Shown: positions 9,502 to 19,055 of the stretch, one piece after another
Position numbering within the stretch: position 1 is the first letter of the stretch
Layout: the number at the start of each line of letters is the position of its first letter
Assembly: GCA_013140575.1 (NCBI GenBank)
Contig: JABFSN010000060.1
Span: 1-54,967 of the forward strand
Source: Phycisphaerales bacterium
Lineage (GTDB): Bacteria; Planctomycetota; Phycisphaerae; UBA1845
Direction of reading: 5' to 3'
Length of the DNA stretch: 54,967 bases
Made by a program: the position numbers and the translations under genes
Notes under the pieces: model-generated
Database searches by the model: none
Told to the model about the DNA's origin: nothing
What the model saw: the letters and a program-made list of their open reading frames with translations, nothing else

Positions 9502-9590
9502 CGTGCGCCCTCCGGGCGGGAAGAAATAGCGCACGCGATCCAGGGACTGAAGTCCCTGGCTAAGATCGTGCGCCCTCCCGGCGAAGATTC
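9502..9590. repeat. repeat family A: direct repeats cgtgcgccctccgggcg flanking perfect hairpin ccagggactgaagtccctgg
   Basis: Hairpin at 9540-9559. Direct repeats at 9502-9518 and 9567-9583. A second copy lies at 47966-48066. Confidence 0.6.
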
Positions 9591-9888
9591 GCGGGTCGTG
9601 TTCGCGGGCCATGATGAAATCGGTTTCCCTCCTCCTTGGTTCTATTTACAGCCTATCCCAGAAACCCCCTCACCCTACCCTCTCCCCCGGGTACGGGGGA
9701 GAGGGGAAAGAGGGGACGACGATTCTGGGATAGGCAGTTAGCGTGTTCTCCGTTTTCCGAGCGTCGATACCCCGCGGCCCGCCACTCGCGTGGCGGGTTC
9801 TGATCACGCCATCCGGCGTTTCGAAACGCAGCGTCTGAAGGCGAACAGGAATTCCCGGGTGAAGATCGCGTGGGCACCGAACGCGCCG

Positions 9889-11781
9889 TTACCCGGTCGG
9901 TTGTCGCAGGTGGCGCTCGAAAAACTCCGCGAGTCGGGCGTAGAAGACGATGCGGTTGTTCTCTTTCTGGAAGCCGTGTCCTTCGTCGTCGAAAACGACG
10001 AATTCCGGAGTCCGGCCGCGGGCCTGTAACGCGTCGCGGAGTTGTTCGGCCTCGTGCAATGGAACGCGCGGATCGTTCTTGCCGTGGGCGATGAACAGCG
10101 GCGTTTCGATGCGGTCCACCAGATAGATGGGTGAAATGGAGCGTAGAAACTCGGCGTCGTCGAGCGGGCCGTATTCGGCTTCGCGCAACTTGCGGCGGTA
10201 GGATTTGGTGCGTTCCAGGAACGTCTCGAAATTGACAATACCGACGTAGTTACAGGCCGCCCCGTACATTTCGGGCGCCTGGGTGATGACGGCCATGGTC
10301 ATGAAACCGCCGTAACTGCCGCCATACGCCGCGACCATCTTGGGTGCGGAAAAATGTTGGTCGATCAGCCACCGGGCGGCCGCGACGCCGTCGCGGACGC
10401 TGTCCATGCGGTTCTTGTAATTGTCCATTTCCAGCCAGGGCGTGCCGTAGCCGCTGCTGCCGCGCACGTTGGGGGCCAGCACTCCAAATCCACGGGACAC
10501 GAAATACTGCAGGTACTCGCTGAAACGTGGGCGGTATTGCCCCTCGGGTCCGCCGTGATAACTGATGATGAACGGGATGGGCGTGCCCGGTTGATAGTCG
10601 GCGGGGACATACAGGAATGCCGGAATCTGCAGCCCGTCGAACGACGGATAATGGACCAGCTCGGGCAATCGGAATTTGGCCACGTCAATTCCCTGGGTAT
10701 CGCCGTCGGACAATAACCGCGGTTCGGCCGATTCCGACCCCAGCGCCCAGCGGTAGGTCGCGCCGGGCGTTCGGGCGTTGGTCATGGCGAAGACGATGTC
10801 GTTTCCCTGGAAATCGACGCCGCCGACCACGCCGTCCGGAATGACCGGTCCGGGCATGGGCTCGAATCCCGGCACGCGGTACAGCAGCAACCGGCCGTAG
10901 CCGTCGATGTTGAAGGTGACGGCCATCACGTCGCGGGCTTCGTTCATGACCGCCGCGTCGACTTCATGCTCGGCCATGCCCGGCAAGAGCGGACGGACGT
11001 AGCCGGTCTGGGGCTCAATCTCCTGCAACGTCAGGCGGTCGCCCTGATAATCGCTGACCACGTAAAAACGTGCGTCGTCGGGCGCATAACCGACGCCCTC
11101 GAAAGCCCACGACTCCTCCAGCGAAGTGATGGGCCGGGCGTTGGCGGCGCCGAGGGAAACTTCCCACAAATAGCCCTCCGCGGCCGAAACGGAACGGGCG
11201 ATCACCAGCTTGTCACCCGGGAGGTTGAAATCGACCGGGCTCCAGTAACCCGGCTTGTTCCATATTTCCCGCGACGTGCGGGTTTGCATGTCGTAGACAT
11301 AGACGTAGAAATCTTCTTTCGACGTGGTGTTGGCGCGGTAGGCGAACGCGGTGGATTGCCGATTCCAGACCACGGAACCGAACACGGTCTCGCGATCGAC
11401 CAAGGCGCCGGTCAGGTTGTCGGTCGATGTCTCCAGCAGGTGAATGTTGAACTGCTCGTCACCGCCGTAGCCGGCCGTCACGGCAATCCATCGGCCGTCG
11501 GGGGACAGGGTGTATTCGTTGACGCCGTCGGCGAACGTGGTCAGCGTCTTGACGCGGGTGCGTCCCGCGGGACGGCGAAACAACTGATAGACGCCGTCGT
11601 GACGATCGATGTAGTAGTAGTCGCCGTTGGGGGCCAACCGGCCCGAAATCGGGGCACGGATGCGGATGTACTGATCGATCGTGGCCTCGCTGGGATCAAT
11701 TGTCCGCCAGCTTGAACATCCGGAACCTGCTGCCAACACCACCATGGCCATCGATCCCACGCCCGCCCTTTTCACCACCAT
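9889..11781 (-). CDS. S9 family prolyl oligopeptidase / dipeptidyl aminopeptidase with N-terminal beta-propeller
   Basis: GGSYGG serine nucleophile motif, an ISYHGGPEG...VLAPNVRGSSGYG alpha/beta hydrolase core, and an N-terminal TolB-like propeller. The internal start MVVKRAGVG at 11781 has a GAGGAG RBS and is followed by a signal/lipoprotein-like sequence. Confidence 0.85.
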   Translation of the reverse strand: MVVKRAGVGSMAMVVLAAGSGCSSWRTIDPSEATIDQYIRIRAPISGRLAPNGDYYYIDRHDGVYQLFRRPAGRTRVKTLTTFADGVNEYTLSPDGRWIAVTAGYGGDEQFNIHLLETSTDNLTGALVDRETVFGSVVWNRQSTAFAYRANTTSKEDFYVYVYDMQTRTSREIWNKPGYWSPVDFNLPGDKLVIARSVSAAEGYLWEVSLGAANARPITSLEESWAFEGVGYAPDDARFYVVSDYQGDRLTLQEIEPQTGYVRPLLPGMAEHEVDAAVMNEARDVMAVTFNIDGYGRLLLYRVPGFEPMPGPVIPDGVVGGVDFQGNDIVFAMTNARTPGATYRWALGSESAEPRLLSDGDTQGIDVAKFRLPELVHYPSFDGLQIPAFLYVPADYQPGTPIPFIISYHGGPEGQYRPRFSEYLQYFVSRGFGVLAPNVRGSSGYGTPWLEMDNYKNRMDSVRDGVAAARWLIDQHFSAPKMVAAYGGSYGGFMTMAVITQAPEMYGAACNYVGIVNFETFLERTKSYRRKLREAEYGPLDDAEFLRSISPIYLVDRIETPLFIAHGKNDPRVPLHEAEQLRDALQARGRTPEFVVFDDEGHGFQKENNRIVFYARLAEFFERHLRQPTG

Positions 11782-11980
11782 GCGCTGATCTCCTCGCGTC
11801 GCCGCCGGCGCCGGGGCCGAGTTGGCGACAGGTGACCAGAATAGGGTGGGAACCGGCATCCGCAAGTGCAACGGGCATCCGACAACAGATTACAAATCGA
11901 ATGCGATGTGCGTCGCGATGGGTTGCGTGCCACGGGCAGGCATGAAACCAGTAGTCCAACGCACCCTGTTTTTCAGGTGA

Positions 11981-12092
11981 CACGGGCAAGCGTACTCGCT
12001 TGCCCGTGTTTTCAGTTCTGGGCGCCGTCGCTTCGAATCATCACGCACGTCCGCGGCACACGGACAACGGAGTACCGTTGTCCGTGCCACCC
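11981..12092. repeat. REP-like family B copy (two hairpins)
   Basis: cacgggcaagcg-tact-cgcttgcccgtg has perfect 12-bp arms. ggcacacggacaacggagtaccgttgtccgtgccaccc follows. Confidence 0.6.
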
Positions 12093-12115
12093 CAAAAAAA
12101 GGGTTCGTCGAACTT

Positions 12116-13345
12116 CTAAACGAACAGGCGGACGAGAACGAGGCTGAAGACGGCCAGCAGTACGGTTACGATGAACCCGGTCAGAACGGCGCGACCGCCG
12201 ACGCGTCCCAGCAGGCGGATGTTCACTTCCAGTCCGATCGCGGCCATTGCCAGGGTCAACAGGACCTTACCGGATTCCTTGAACAAACCGGCCATCGAAA
12301 AGGAGAACGACCTGGCGGCGTCGCGCCACGGTTCACCGATGTCGAACTGAATGGACGGCAGCAGCCCCAGCGTGTTCAGCAATGCCAACGCCACGAATCC
12401 CCACACGAAACCGGGTACCAGCCGTGCGTAGTGAATGATGACCCGCGAGCCCGACGCTCCGTCGGCAACGTGCCGCCGGGCGTACATCATGGCGAGCACC
12501 ACCATCATGGGCGCCAGGAGCGTGACGCGCACCAGCTTGACCGCGGTCGCGATGGCGCCGGCGTCGGAATCGGCGCCGCGGGCGAAACCGGCGGCCGCAA
12601 CTTGGGGGACGGCGTGGATGGTCGTGCCGCACCACACGCCGTATTGCCCGTCGTTGAGCGCCAGGACCGTGCCGATCAGCGGCCACACCAGCACCACCAA
12701 CATGCCGAACAGATTGACCGTGCCCATGGACAGCACCAGGTCGTCGTCTTCCGCGTCGATCAGCGGAGCGACGGCCACGATGGCGCTGTTCCCGCAGATG
12801 CCGGTTCCGGCGCCGATCAACAGGGCCGTTCTGGGTTCCAGTCCCAGCGCCCGGCCGCAGTAATACGCGCCAACCATGCTGACGACGATGCCCCCCACGG
12901 TGATGAACAAGGCGGGCAATCCAATGGAACGAAACAGCGTCAGATTCAACCCGGCGCCCATCAGAATGATGGCGACGGGGATGCCCTTGCGGACGATTCG
13001 CCTGCAGCCGGCCCCGGTGGTCGCGGGTACCGGCAGCAGGTTTCGTACGGCCGCACCGGCGACAATGGCGATGATGGCGGCGCCCACGTCGGGCAGCATG
13101 ATATGGCCGATGATGTAGGCGGCGGCCGCGGTGGTCATCGCGAGGACGTACCCGGGCCAGACGGTTTCGCGCGGTTTGGGGGCTTCCGTCGGGCGAATGG
13201 TCTCGACGATCGCCGGGTACATGCCTTCCATGGCCCCGAGCGAAAGATAGGCATCGTCGCTCAATACATCGAACGATCCGGGGTGGTGACGGGTCGGGTA
13301 TGCGCCGGTCGCGAAGGGCGCGGCTTGATCCGCGGTGTGGGCCAC
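12116..13345 (-). CDS. YeiH/UPF0324 family membrane transporter (putative sulfate/sulfite exporter family)
   Basis: 409 aa polytopic membrane protein whose C-terminal LLTLAMAAIGLEVNIRLLGRVGG region is typical of the YeiH family. No gap to the upstream CDO gene. Confidence 0.6.
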   Translation of the reverse strand: MAHTADQAAPFATGAYPTRHHPGSFDVLSDDAYLSLGAMEGMYPAIVETIRPTEAPKPRETVWPGYVLAMTTAAAAYIIGHIMLPDVGAAIIAIVAGAAVRNLLPVPATTGAGCRRIVRKGIPVAIILMGAGLNLTLFRSIGLPALFITVGGIVVSMVGAYYCGRALGLEPRTALLIGAGTGICGNSAIVAVAPLIDAEDDDLVLSMGTVNLFGMLVVLVWPLIGTVLALNDGQYGVWCGTTIHAVPQVAAAGFARGADSDAGAIATAVKLVRVTLLAPMMVVLAMMYARRHVADGASGSRVIIHYARLVPGFVWGFVALALLNTLGLLPSIQFDIGEPWRDAARSFSFSMAGLFKESGKVLLTLAMAAIGLEVNIRLLGRVGGRAVLTGFIVTVLLAVFSLVLVRLFV

Positions 13346-13897
13346 CTAGATGCCGCTCCCGTGCTCGTGCCCCAGGATGATGGGTCGGAATTCGCCGATG
13401 TGCCGGTCCAGAAGCGAGTAGGTGTCCATCCGCAGCAGCGGCGGCGAATAGATGTGCAGGGTGATCAGGTCGTTTCCGGGCGCCTCGAGATTCGACACCT
13501 GATGAATGTCGCCATCCTGCGTCGCGGCCACGTGGCCTGCGGGAAGTTCGTGCGAATAGATGGCCTTAATCAACCCGCTGGGGCTGGTATCGAACACGGT
13601 TTCGGTGGCAATGCCGCGCATCACGCGCAGCCCGCAGGTGGATTGCGCGTGGTTGTGGATCGGGCTGCGCTGCCCGCTGCGCCAGCAGATCACCAGCACG
13701 TGGTAATGCGGTCCCTTGCGAACCAGATTACGCAGGTACTGTTCGGGGTGGAACCGGACGAATTCGGCCACGTTGGCCACGTCGATGTCGAGCGATTCCA
13801 GCCGGGTTTGCAGTTCATCGATCGGCGCTCGTTCGGTGAGGCCGTCGAGGTATTCGAAAAGCGGATCGAGAATGGGAACGGAATGTGCGACGACCAT
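13346..13897 (-). CDS. cysteine dioxygenase type I-like cupin
   Basis: 183 aa. Cupin motif SPIHNH...H with the conserved CDO-like layout WRSGQRSPIHNHAQSTCGLRVMRG. Abuts the yeiH-like gene, so an operon is likely. Confidence 0.6.
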   Translation of the reverse strand: MVVAHSVPILDPLFEYLDGLTERAPIDELQTRLESLDIDVANVAEFVRFHPEQYLRNLVRKGPHYHVLVICWRSGQRSPIHNHAQSTCGLRVMRGIATETVFDTSPSGLIKAIYSHELPAGHVAATQDGDIHQVSNLEAPGNDLITLHIYSPPLLRMDTYSLLDRHIGEFRPIILGHEHGSGI

Positions 13898-14305
13898 GGG
13901 AATTCAAGCCCGAAACCGCCCCTGCCGACTCGATCGCCCCTGATCGGGTCGTTGAACTGGATAACCGGGCCGTCCGATCACCACAACTAGCGTTGCGTCG
14001 GGTATCGGTAAAGTCAAGCGGCTCGGGAATCCCGTCGGCACACGGCGCTCGTTTGGGACGGCATCATGGTGTCACGGGCGACGCGATTACGCGCGACTGG
14101 CACGGGAATTGCACGCAAAAAAAGTGAATTGCCCGGCGCTGGCCGATATTTCAACCGGGGCAGATGGGTCGTTCCGAAGGGAGCGCCAGGCGGGCGATCC
14201 CGGACAATGGCTGGACAATCGTGGTGACGCGGGGATGATGGCGGCGGATCGCGACGCACGGATGCACGACGGGGCTTTTCGGTCTTGCGGTCCGCGGGCG
14301 GTTGA

Positions 14306-14833
14306 TTGGGTAATGACGTGACCGGTTCCAATTCAAATTGCCGCGCTCCGTGCCGGTGGGCGATTCGATTCGCATGGGGGCTGTTACTCGCCGCCCACTT
14401 GTACTGGCTGGTCAGTTCGCTCGCGTCGCCGACGGCAACGCTGTCGAATCAGATGCTCCTGGCGATCACCTGTGCGTTTTTCGTTCTGAAGGTCGCCGAC
14501 GTGGCCGCGCTGCGCTTCCGTTGCACCCGACGGTCCTTGGTCGCGGCAGTTCTTGTGGTGGCGTTGCTGCACGTCGGCGTGATCGATCGAATGGGTGATG
14601 GAACGTCCGACCTGCCGCCGTGGATTCTGCCGGCCATCGTCGGGACGCTGACCTGCACGCAGTTGAGCGTCATCGGACTCGTTCGGCGGTCGGTCATTCG
14701 TCTGGCCCTCGCGTTCGGTCTGCCGCGACCGAATTGGACGCGGCATTATTGGCAGTTGCTGTCCGGCGTGCTCGTGCGCCGTCTTCAATCGGCATTCGGC
14801 CCCTTGCGGATTCCCCGCGCTCCTCCAGCCTGA
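14306..14833 (+). CDS. hypothetical membrane protein
   Basis: 175-aa ORF with about 4 hydrophobic helices. No recognisable domain, and the start is uncertain. Confidence 0.25.
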   Translation: MGNDVTGSNSNCRAPCRWAIRFAWGLLLAAHLYWLVSSLASPTATLSNQMLLAITCAFFVLKVADVAALRFRCTRRSLVAAVLVVALLHVGVIDRMGDGTSDLPPWILPAIVGTLTCTQLSVIGLVRRSVIRLALAFGLPRPNWTRHYWQLLSGVLVRRLQSAFGPLRIPRAPPA

Positions 14834-14997
14834 ACCCCTACAACTGTCTGAACGCACATACTGATTTCCCTAAACGTGGATGATCTTGCGCGGCTTCTGC
14901 CCGCGCGGAATTGAGACGTCACGGGCAGCCCGATGCGGTCGGTGATTGAACGAAAACAGGCGCGCTTCGCGCGCCCCCCTGGAAATGGAACAATTCG

Positions 14998-16434
14998 ATG
15001 TTGGTGCGGAATGGCTGGTGTGCAACGGTCGCCATCGTGCTCGCGGCGAGCGCACGAGCCGCGCCGCCGGTGGTGGGCGATGCGGCTGAATTCACATTGA
15101 TCACCGGCGTGGACGCAGGGATTTCCGTCGGCACGATGCGTAACGTCGTGCCCGTGCCCGGGCCGGGATTCGCGGGACCGGTTTTCGACGGCGATCGGTT
15201 GGCCGGCACGTCGGACGCCGGCGGGGCGATCGTGTTTGAAGGGGACGGCGAACCGTTGTTCGCGCCCAACGCGTTCGGCGCGCTTAGTTTCACATTTCGT
15301 CGCGGGACGATTCCGATTCCCGGCGGCAGCACGGTTCCGATCTTGGGAATAGACTACCTCGGCGGACCGTTGTTGGACCTCGACGGCAACCTGAACAACG
15401 GCTCGCGCAGCCTGGTGCCGGTGTTCGGACAGACGCCGGTAGTCATTCTCGGCACGTCCAGCCACGTCGATTTCTCGTTCGATTGGGTCGCGGGCGCCGT
15501 CGAATTGGCGCGGGTGGACATGACCAGCACCAATCCGGGCGGGCCGGACATACAGGCCGAAATCGCCACCACGGTCAACGTTCTGGCGGGCACATCCAAC
15601 AATGGCACGCCGGGCGATCCGATCAATCCGTCGTTCGACACGCGGCTGGGCGCGCTGACGGCGTTCCCCGGCGCTTCCGGGCAATTGCACGGCGTCTACC
15701 GGATCGACGAGCTCGGCTACGAAATCTGGCAGGATTCAATCGACCCGTTCAGCAGCACACCCTTGCAATTGGGTACGATTCAATTCCTGGGCACGTTTCG
15801 CGGTTGGCTGGTCACGCGGCCGCGCTACGGCGGGCAGTTCCCGACGCTGTCCGGCGAGGGGTTGGGCGGACCGTTGTGGCCCGCGGTCAACGCGGACGAC
15901 GTGGGTGCTGTCATCGTGACCGCCAACGGCCTGCAGGGCGGATCGACGCTCATCACCGACGGAAGTTCGCGCGATCGGTTTTCGGTCTGCCAACCGGCGC
16001 CGGGACCGTGCAACGGCGGGATGCCGCTGACCGATTTCGGCGGCGATCTGGGCGCGTATCTCGATGCCGTTGTCGTGCCGCTCCTGTCCGCCGACCAGCA
16101 CAGTTTCGTCTATCTCGAATCGGCCGGCGTCGGCGTCAACAACAGCAACGACCCGGTGTTTGGGGACACGAACGCCGCGGACGTGGTCATCATCGCCGCG
16201 TCGCTGTGCGGATCCCCGCTCAACGGCGGCAGCGGCGATTTCGACGCGAACGGCGTCATCGGCTCGCCCGACTTCGCGAGCCTGCATCAATGCGTCGGAA
16301 CGGAAGTCGCCGATTTCGACGGAATGTGCGCCCCGGGTGATCTGAATAACGACGGCGCGGTTGATCTGATCGACTTCGGCCGCTTTCAAACGGTCTTCGG
16401 TTTGTCGGTCACCTCGCCGGCGTGCGAACTATAG
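14998..16434 (+). CDS. secreted hypothetical protein with C-terminal dockerin-like repeats
   Basis: Signal peptide MLVRNGWCATVAIVLAASARA. C-terminal GDFDANGVIGSPDFASL and GDLNNDGAVDLIDFGRFQ dockerin/EF-hand-like repeats. Confidence 0.5.
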   Translation: MLVRNGWCATVAIVLAASARAAPPVVGDAAEFTLITGVDAGISVGTMRNVVPVPGPGFAGPVFDGDRLAGTSDAGGAIVFEGDGEPLFAPNAFGALSFTFRRGTIPIPGGSTVPILGIDYLGGPLLDLDGNLNNGSRSLVPVFGQTPVVILGTSSHVDFSFDWVAGAVELARVDMTSTNPGGPDIQAEIATTVNVLAGTSNNGTPGDPINPSFDTRLGALTAFPGASGQLHGVYRIDELGYEIWQDSIDPFSSTPLQLGTIQFLGTFRGWLVTRPRYGGQFPTLSGEGLGGPLWPAVNADDVGAVIVTANGLQGGSTLITDGSSRDRFSVCQPAPGPCNGGMPLTDFGGDLGAYLDAVVVPLLSADQHSFVYLESAGVGVNNSNDPVFGDTNAADVVIIAASLCGSPLNGGSGDFDANGVIGSPDFASLHQCVGTEVADFDGMCAPGDLNNDGAVDLIDFGRFQTVFGLSVTSPACEL

Positions 16435-16446
16435 GAGACGCGATCA

Positions 16447-17231
16447 TGTTCCGCGTGCAGAATCGGGCCGTGTTACGTTGGACGGGGCGCCGCACTGCGT
16501 TCACGCTCGTCGAGGTACTCGTCGTCATCAGCATCATCGCGCTGTTGCTGGCCATCCTGCTGCCGTCGCTGCGCTCGGCGCGCGATCAGGCCAAACGCAT
16601 CGTCTGCGGCGCCAACGTTCGGGCGATCGGACAGGGCGTCTGGAACTACTGGACGGAACGGAACGGACGCGTCCCATACATCATCTCACCGATGACCAAC
16701 GGCGGGGCGCTGTCCGCGACCGGACCCGCCATCGGATTCGGCGACCCGGCCGTCGATCCCGCGTCGCTTGATCCGTTCGATCGCGAGCGCTGGCCGACGT
16801 CGTTGCCCAACGTGCTGATGCCGTCCTACATGAACGGCGATCCGCGCGTGTTCGTCTGTCCGGCCGCGGTCATGGGCTGGCCGCGCGGCGGACCGTATCG
16901 CTACACCTACCGTCCGGCGGCCGCGAACCAGCCGAACGGCGCCGTCGCCCCGGAAAATTCCTATCTGCGCGACAATTTCGGCATGCTCGACGGGCGCATG
17001 TTCAAGACGTTGGGAAACCGACTGACCGGCAACGTCGTCCGCGATTCGCAGTTAATGGCGTTTCACCGCTCGACATTCCTTCGGGACATGGTCAAGCGCA
17101 CGCCGATCACGTTGGAAGGCCCGCACCGAAAAGGGATCAACGTGCTCGATCGCCGTCTAAACGTCCAATACCGCAGCCATGCGGAAGTCGTCGAGGACCT
17201 GAACGCGTTCGGCACGGGGGCGCAATTCTGA
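16447..17231 (+). CDS. prepilin-type N-terminal cleavage/methylation domain protein (Planctomycete DUF1559-like pseudopilin)
   Basis: RTAFTLVEVLVVISIIALLLAILLPSL class-III signal N-terminus. AGGAG RBS before the ATG at 16447. Confidence 0.75.
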
Positions 17232-17244
17232 CGGACACACCCCG

Positions 17245-17502
17245 TCACGCGCCTCCCTCGGCCGATTCGATCAGTTCCCGCAACCGCCGCTCGCTGACCC
17301 GGTGGCGGAACACTTCCCGCCCGTTCAAATGGATCACGGGAATGTCGTTGCAGTACATCGCGTACCAGCGCCGGTTTCCGGGGTCGGTGATGTCGATTTT
17401 CTCGACGTCAAACGGCAAGCGGCCGCGCAACCGTTCCACGACGAACCACGCCGATTCGCACAACGGGCAGCAGTCCTTCGTGAAAAACGTGACCTTGTTC
17501 AT
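17245..17502 (-). CDS. glutaredoxin-like thioredoxin-fold protein (DUF836-like)
   Basis: 85 aa, MNKVTFFTKDCCPLCE..., with a CPxC-type redox motif. Its start overlaps the stop of the upstream ADH gene (ATGA). Confidence 0.6.
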   Translation of the reverse strand: MNKVTFFTKDCCPLCESAWFVVERLRGRLPFDVEKIDITDPGNRRWYAMYCNDIPVIHLNGREVFRHRVSERRLRELIESAEGGA

Positions 17503-18635
17503 CGAGCCGGGTCGATCAACGCCTTGATGACCTTGCCGTCCGCGACGGCCGCCAACGCGTCGTTGGCCTGCCCCAACCCGTACCGCGTCAGTTTCAGCGT
17601 CGACCAGGGCGCTCCGCGGACCGGATCGGTGATGATCCGCGCTCCGCGCTCGAAATGCGAAAAATCCGAACCCCAGCAACCACGCACGTCCAGGTGCTTT
17701 TTGTTCAGGTCCACGTGCGGATTGAACGCCGTCTCGCCGTGGTCGGTATACTGTCCGACGACCACCACCCGGCCGTTGTCCCGCGTGAAACGCATCGCCT
17801 CGACCACGGCCGACGGCGCCCCGGTGGCCTCGATGGTCACGTCCGCCCCCCGACCGCCGGTGCGTTCGCGGACCCACGCGATGCGGTCCGCCGCCGCCGC
17901 CGATTGGAAATTCAGCACGTCGCTCGCCCCCATCGCCCGGGCCGTCGCCAACCGATCGTCCGGCGCGCCGATGCACAACACCCGCAGCGCCCCGGCCATC
18001 GCCGCCAGAATCAGCGCGGACAGCCCGACCGGACCGCTGCCCAATATCAGCACGGTGTCACCCAGCGACACCTGCCCGCGCTCCACCGCGTGCAGCGCGG
18101 TCGGCAACCCGCAACCGCCGGCCATGAACGTCTCGGCGTTCGCGTCGCCCAGCGCGATGCACCGCGTCCCCGGCTTGATGTACAGTTTCCGCGCCCACCC
18201 CCCGGTCAACCCGTCGGCCAGTCCATACGTGATCCCGTACACCTTCCGATGCGGGCAGCGTGTCGTCGCCTTCGCGACCAGGCAGTAGTAACACGCATGA
18301 CACGTCCGGTGTACGTCCAGAAACGTCACCCGCTCGCCTTCGCGGAACGCCCGACCGTCGATGTCGATCAACCGGCCGCGGATTTTTTCCAATCGCCCGA
18401 CGGTCACGTGCCCGGGAATGAACGGATACGGCGTATCGACCAGCCGTCCCTGATGCAGATAGACGTCCGTGCCGCACACTTCGCTCAATTCGACGGCCAG
18501 CAATCCGGAATCCGGCTCCAGCGCCGGTTCGGGCAGCTCCCGAAGCTCGACCGGCGCGTTCGGTCGTGGAATGACGGCGGCCAGTACGTGTGCCACGGAA
18601 TTCGCCTTCAACTCGATCCAGCGCGGGGCATTCAA
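17499..18635 (-). CDS. zinc-dependent alcohol dehydrogenase (MDR superfamily)
   Basis: GHVTVGRL, structural-zinc CHACYYC...C motif, and GSGPVGLSALILA Rossmann motif. The start is uncertain: TTG at 18635 is proposed, and the region upstream is repeat DNA. Confidence 0.8.
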   Translation of the reverse strand: MNAPRWIELKANSVAHVLAAVIPRPNAPVELRELPEPALEPDSGLLAVELSEVCGTDVYLHQGRLVDTPYPFIPGHVTVGRLEKIRGRLIDIDGRAFREGERVTFLDVHRTCHACYYCLVAKATTRCPHRKVYGITYGLADGLTGGWARKLYIKPGTRCIALGDANAETFMAGGCGLPTALHAVERGQVSLGDTVLILGSGPVGLSALILAAMAGALRVLCIGAPDDRLATARAMGASDVLNFQSAAAADRIAWVRERTGGRGADVTIEATGAPSAVVEAMRFTRDNGRVVVVGQYTDHGETAFNPHVDLNKKHLDVRGCWGSDFSHFERGARIITDPVRGAPWSTLKLTRYGLGQANDALAAVADGKVIKALIDPAR

Positions 18636-18732
18636 TATCGCGAGCGCCGTGCGCGCTGTGCGTCCCGCCGCAGTACGTGCTTGGCGTCCCGCGGTGTCTG
18701 TGTAGCGTTCCTTGGGGACGCCGTGAAAGTAG

Positions 18733-18832
18733 CCCAGCACTTCAGTGCTGGGATCACCCCTCGTGCTCGATTCCGCTAGTCCCGAAGGGACGGCTGAAGC
18801 GCCATGCGGGATTCCAGCCGTCCCTTCGGGAC
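18733..18832. repeat. pair of strong hairpins (cccagcacttcagtgctggg; gtcccgaagggacggctg..cagccgtcccttcgggac)
   Basis: Perfect 8-bp and 18-bp inverted arms in the ADH-upstream / TPR-downstream intergenic region. Confidence 0.5.
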
Positions 18833-18862
18833 TCGGCGCCATCGGGGCGCCGGCTTACCTCG

Positions 18863-18907
18863 TGTTGAAACACGGGGCTACATTCATGTCTGCCCGTGGC
18901 AGGCAAC
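18863..18907. repeat. repeat family E (gaaacRcggggctacattc...ggcaggcaac); second copy at 107-151
   Basis: 107-151 is gtgaaacgcggggctacattcgggcctgcatgcggcaggcaactc. 18863-18907 is gttgaaacacggggctacattcatgtctgcccgtggcaggcaacc. Both lie 3' of minus-strand genes. Confidence 0.5.
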
Positions 18908-19055
18908 CCGCGCCCACGCCCATCACAGACCAAGCGCAAGCTCGCGGACCCGCAACACGCGCCGCGGACACGGGTGGGGGCACTATAATCAATCCGTTGG
19001 CTTTCGACGATAGTCGGGCGACGGAAACGTCTGAATCCATTCGACGATTCGGAGA

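Noticed and set aside
9322-9741. 139-aa + strand ORF in the 9360-9889 intergenic region
   Set aside because: It is built almost entirely from REP/hairpin elements of families A and C. There is no RBS or domain, so it is more likely non-coding repeat DNA.
12431-13990. 519-aa + strand ORF
   Set aside because: Antisense to the YeiH-like and CDO genes. The translation is low-complexity (G/D/R/H-rich).
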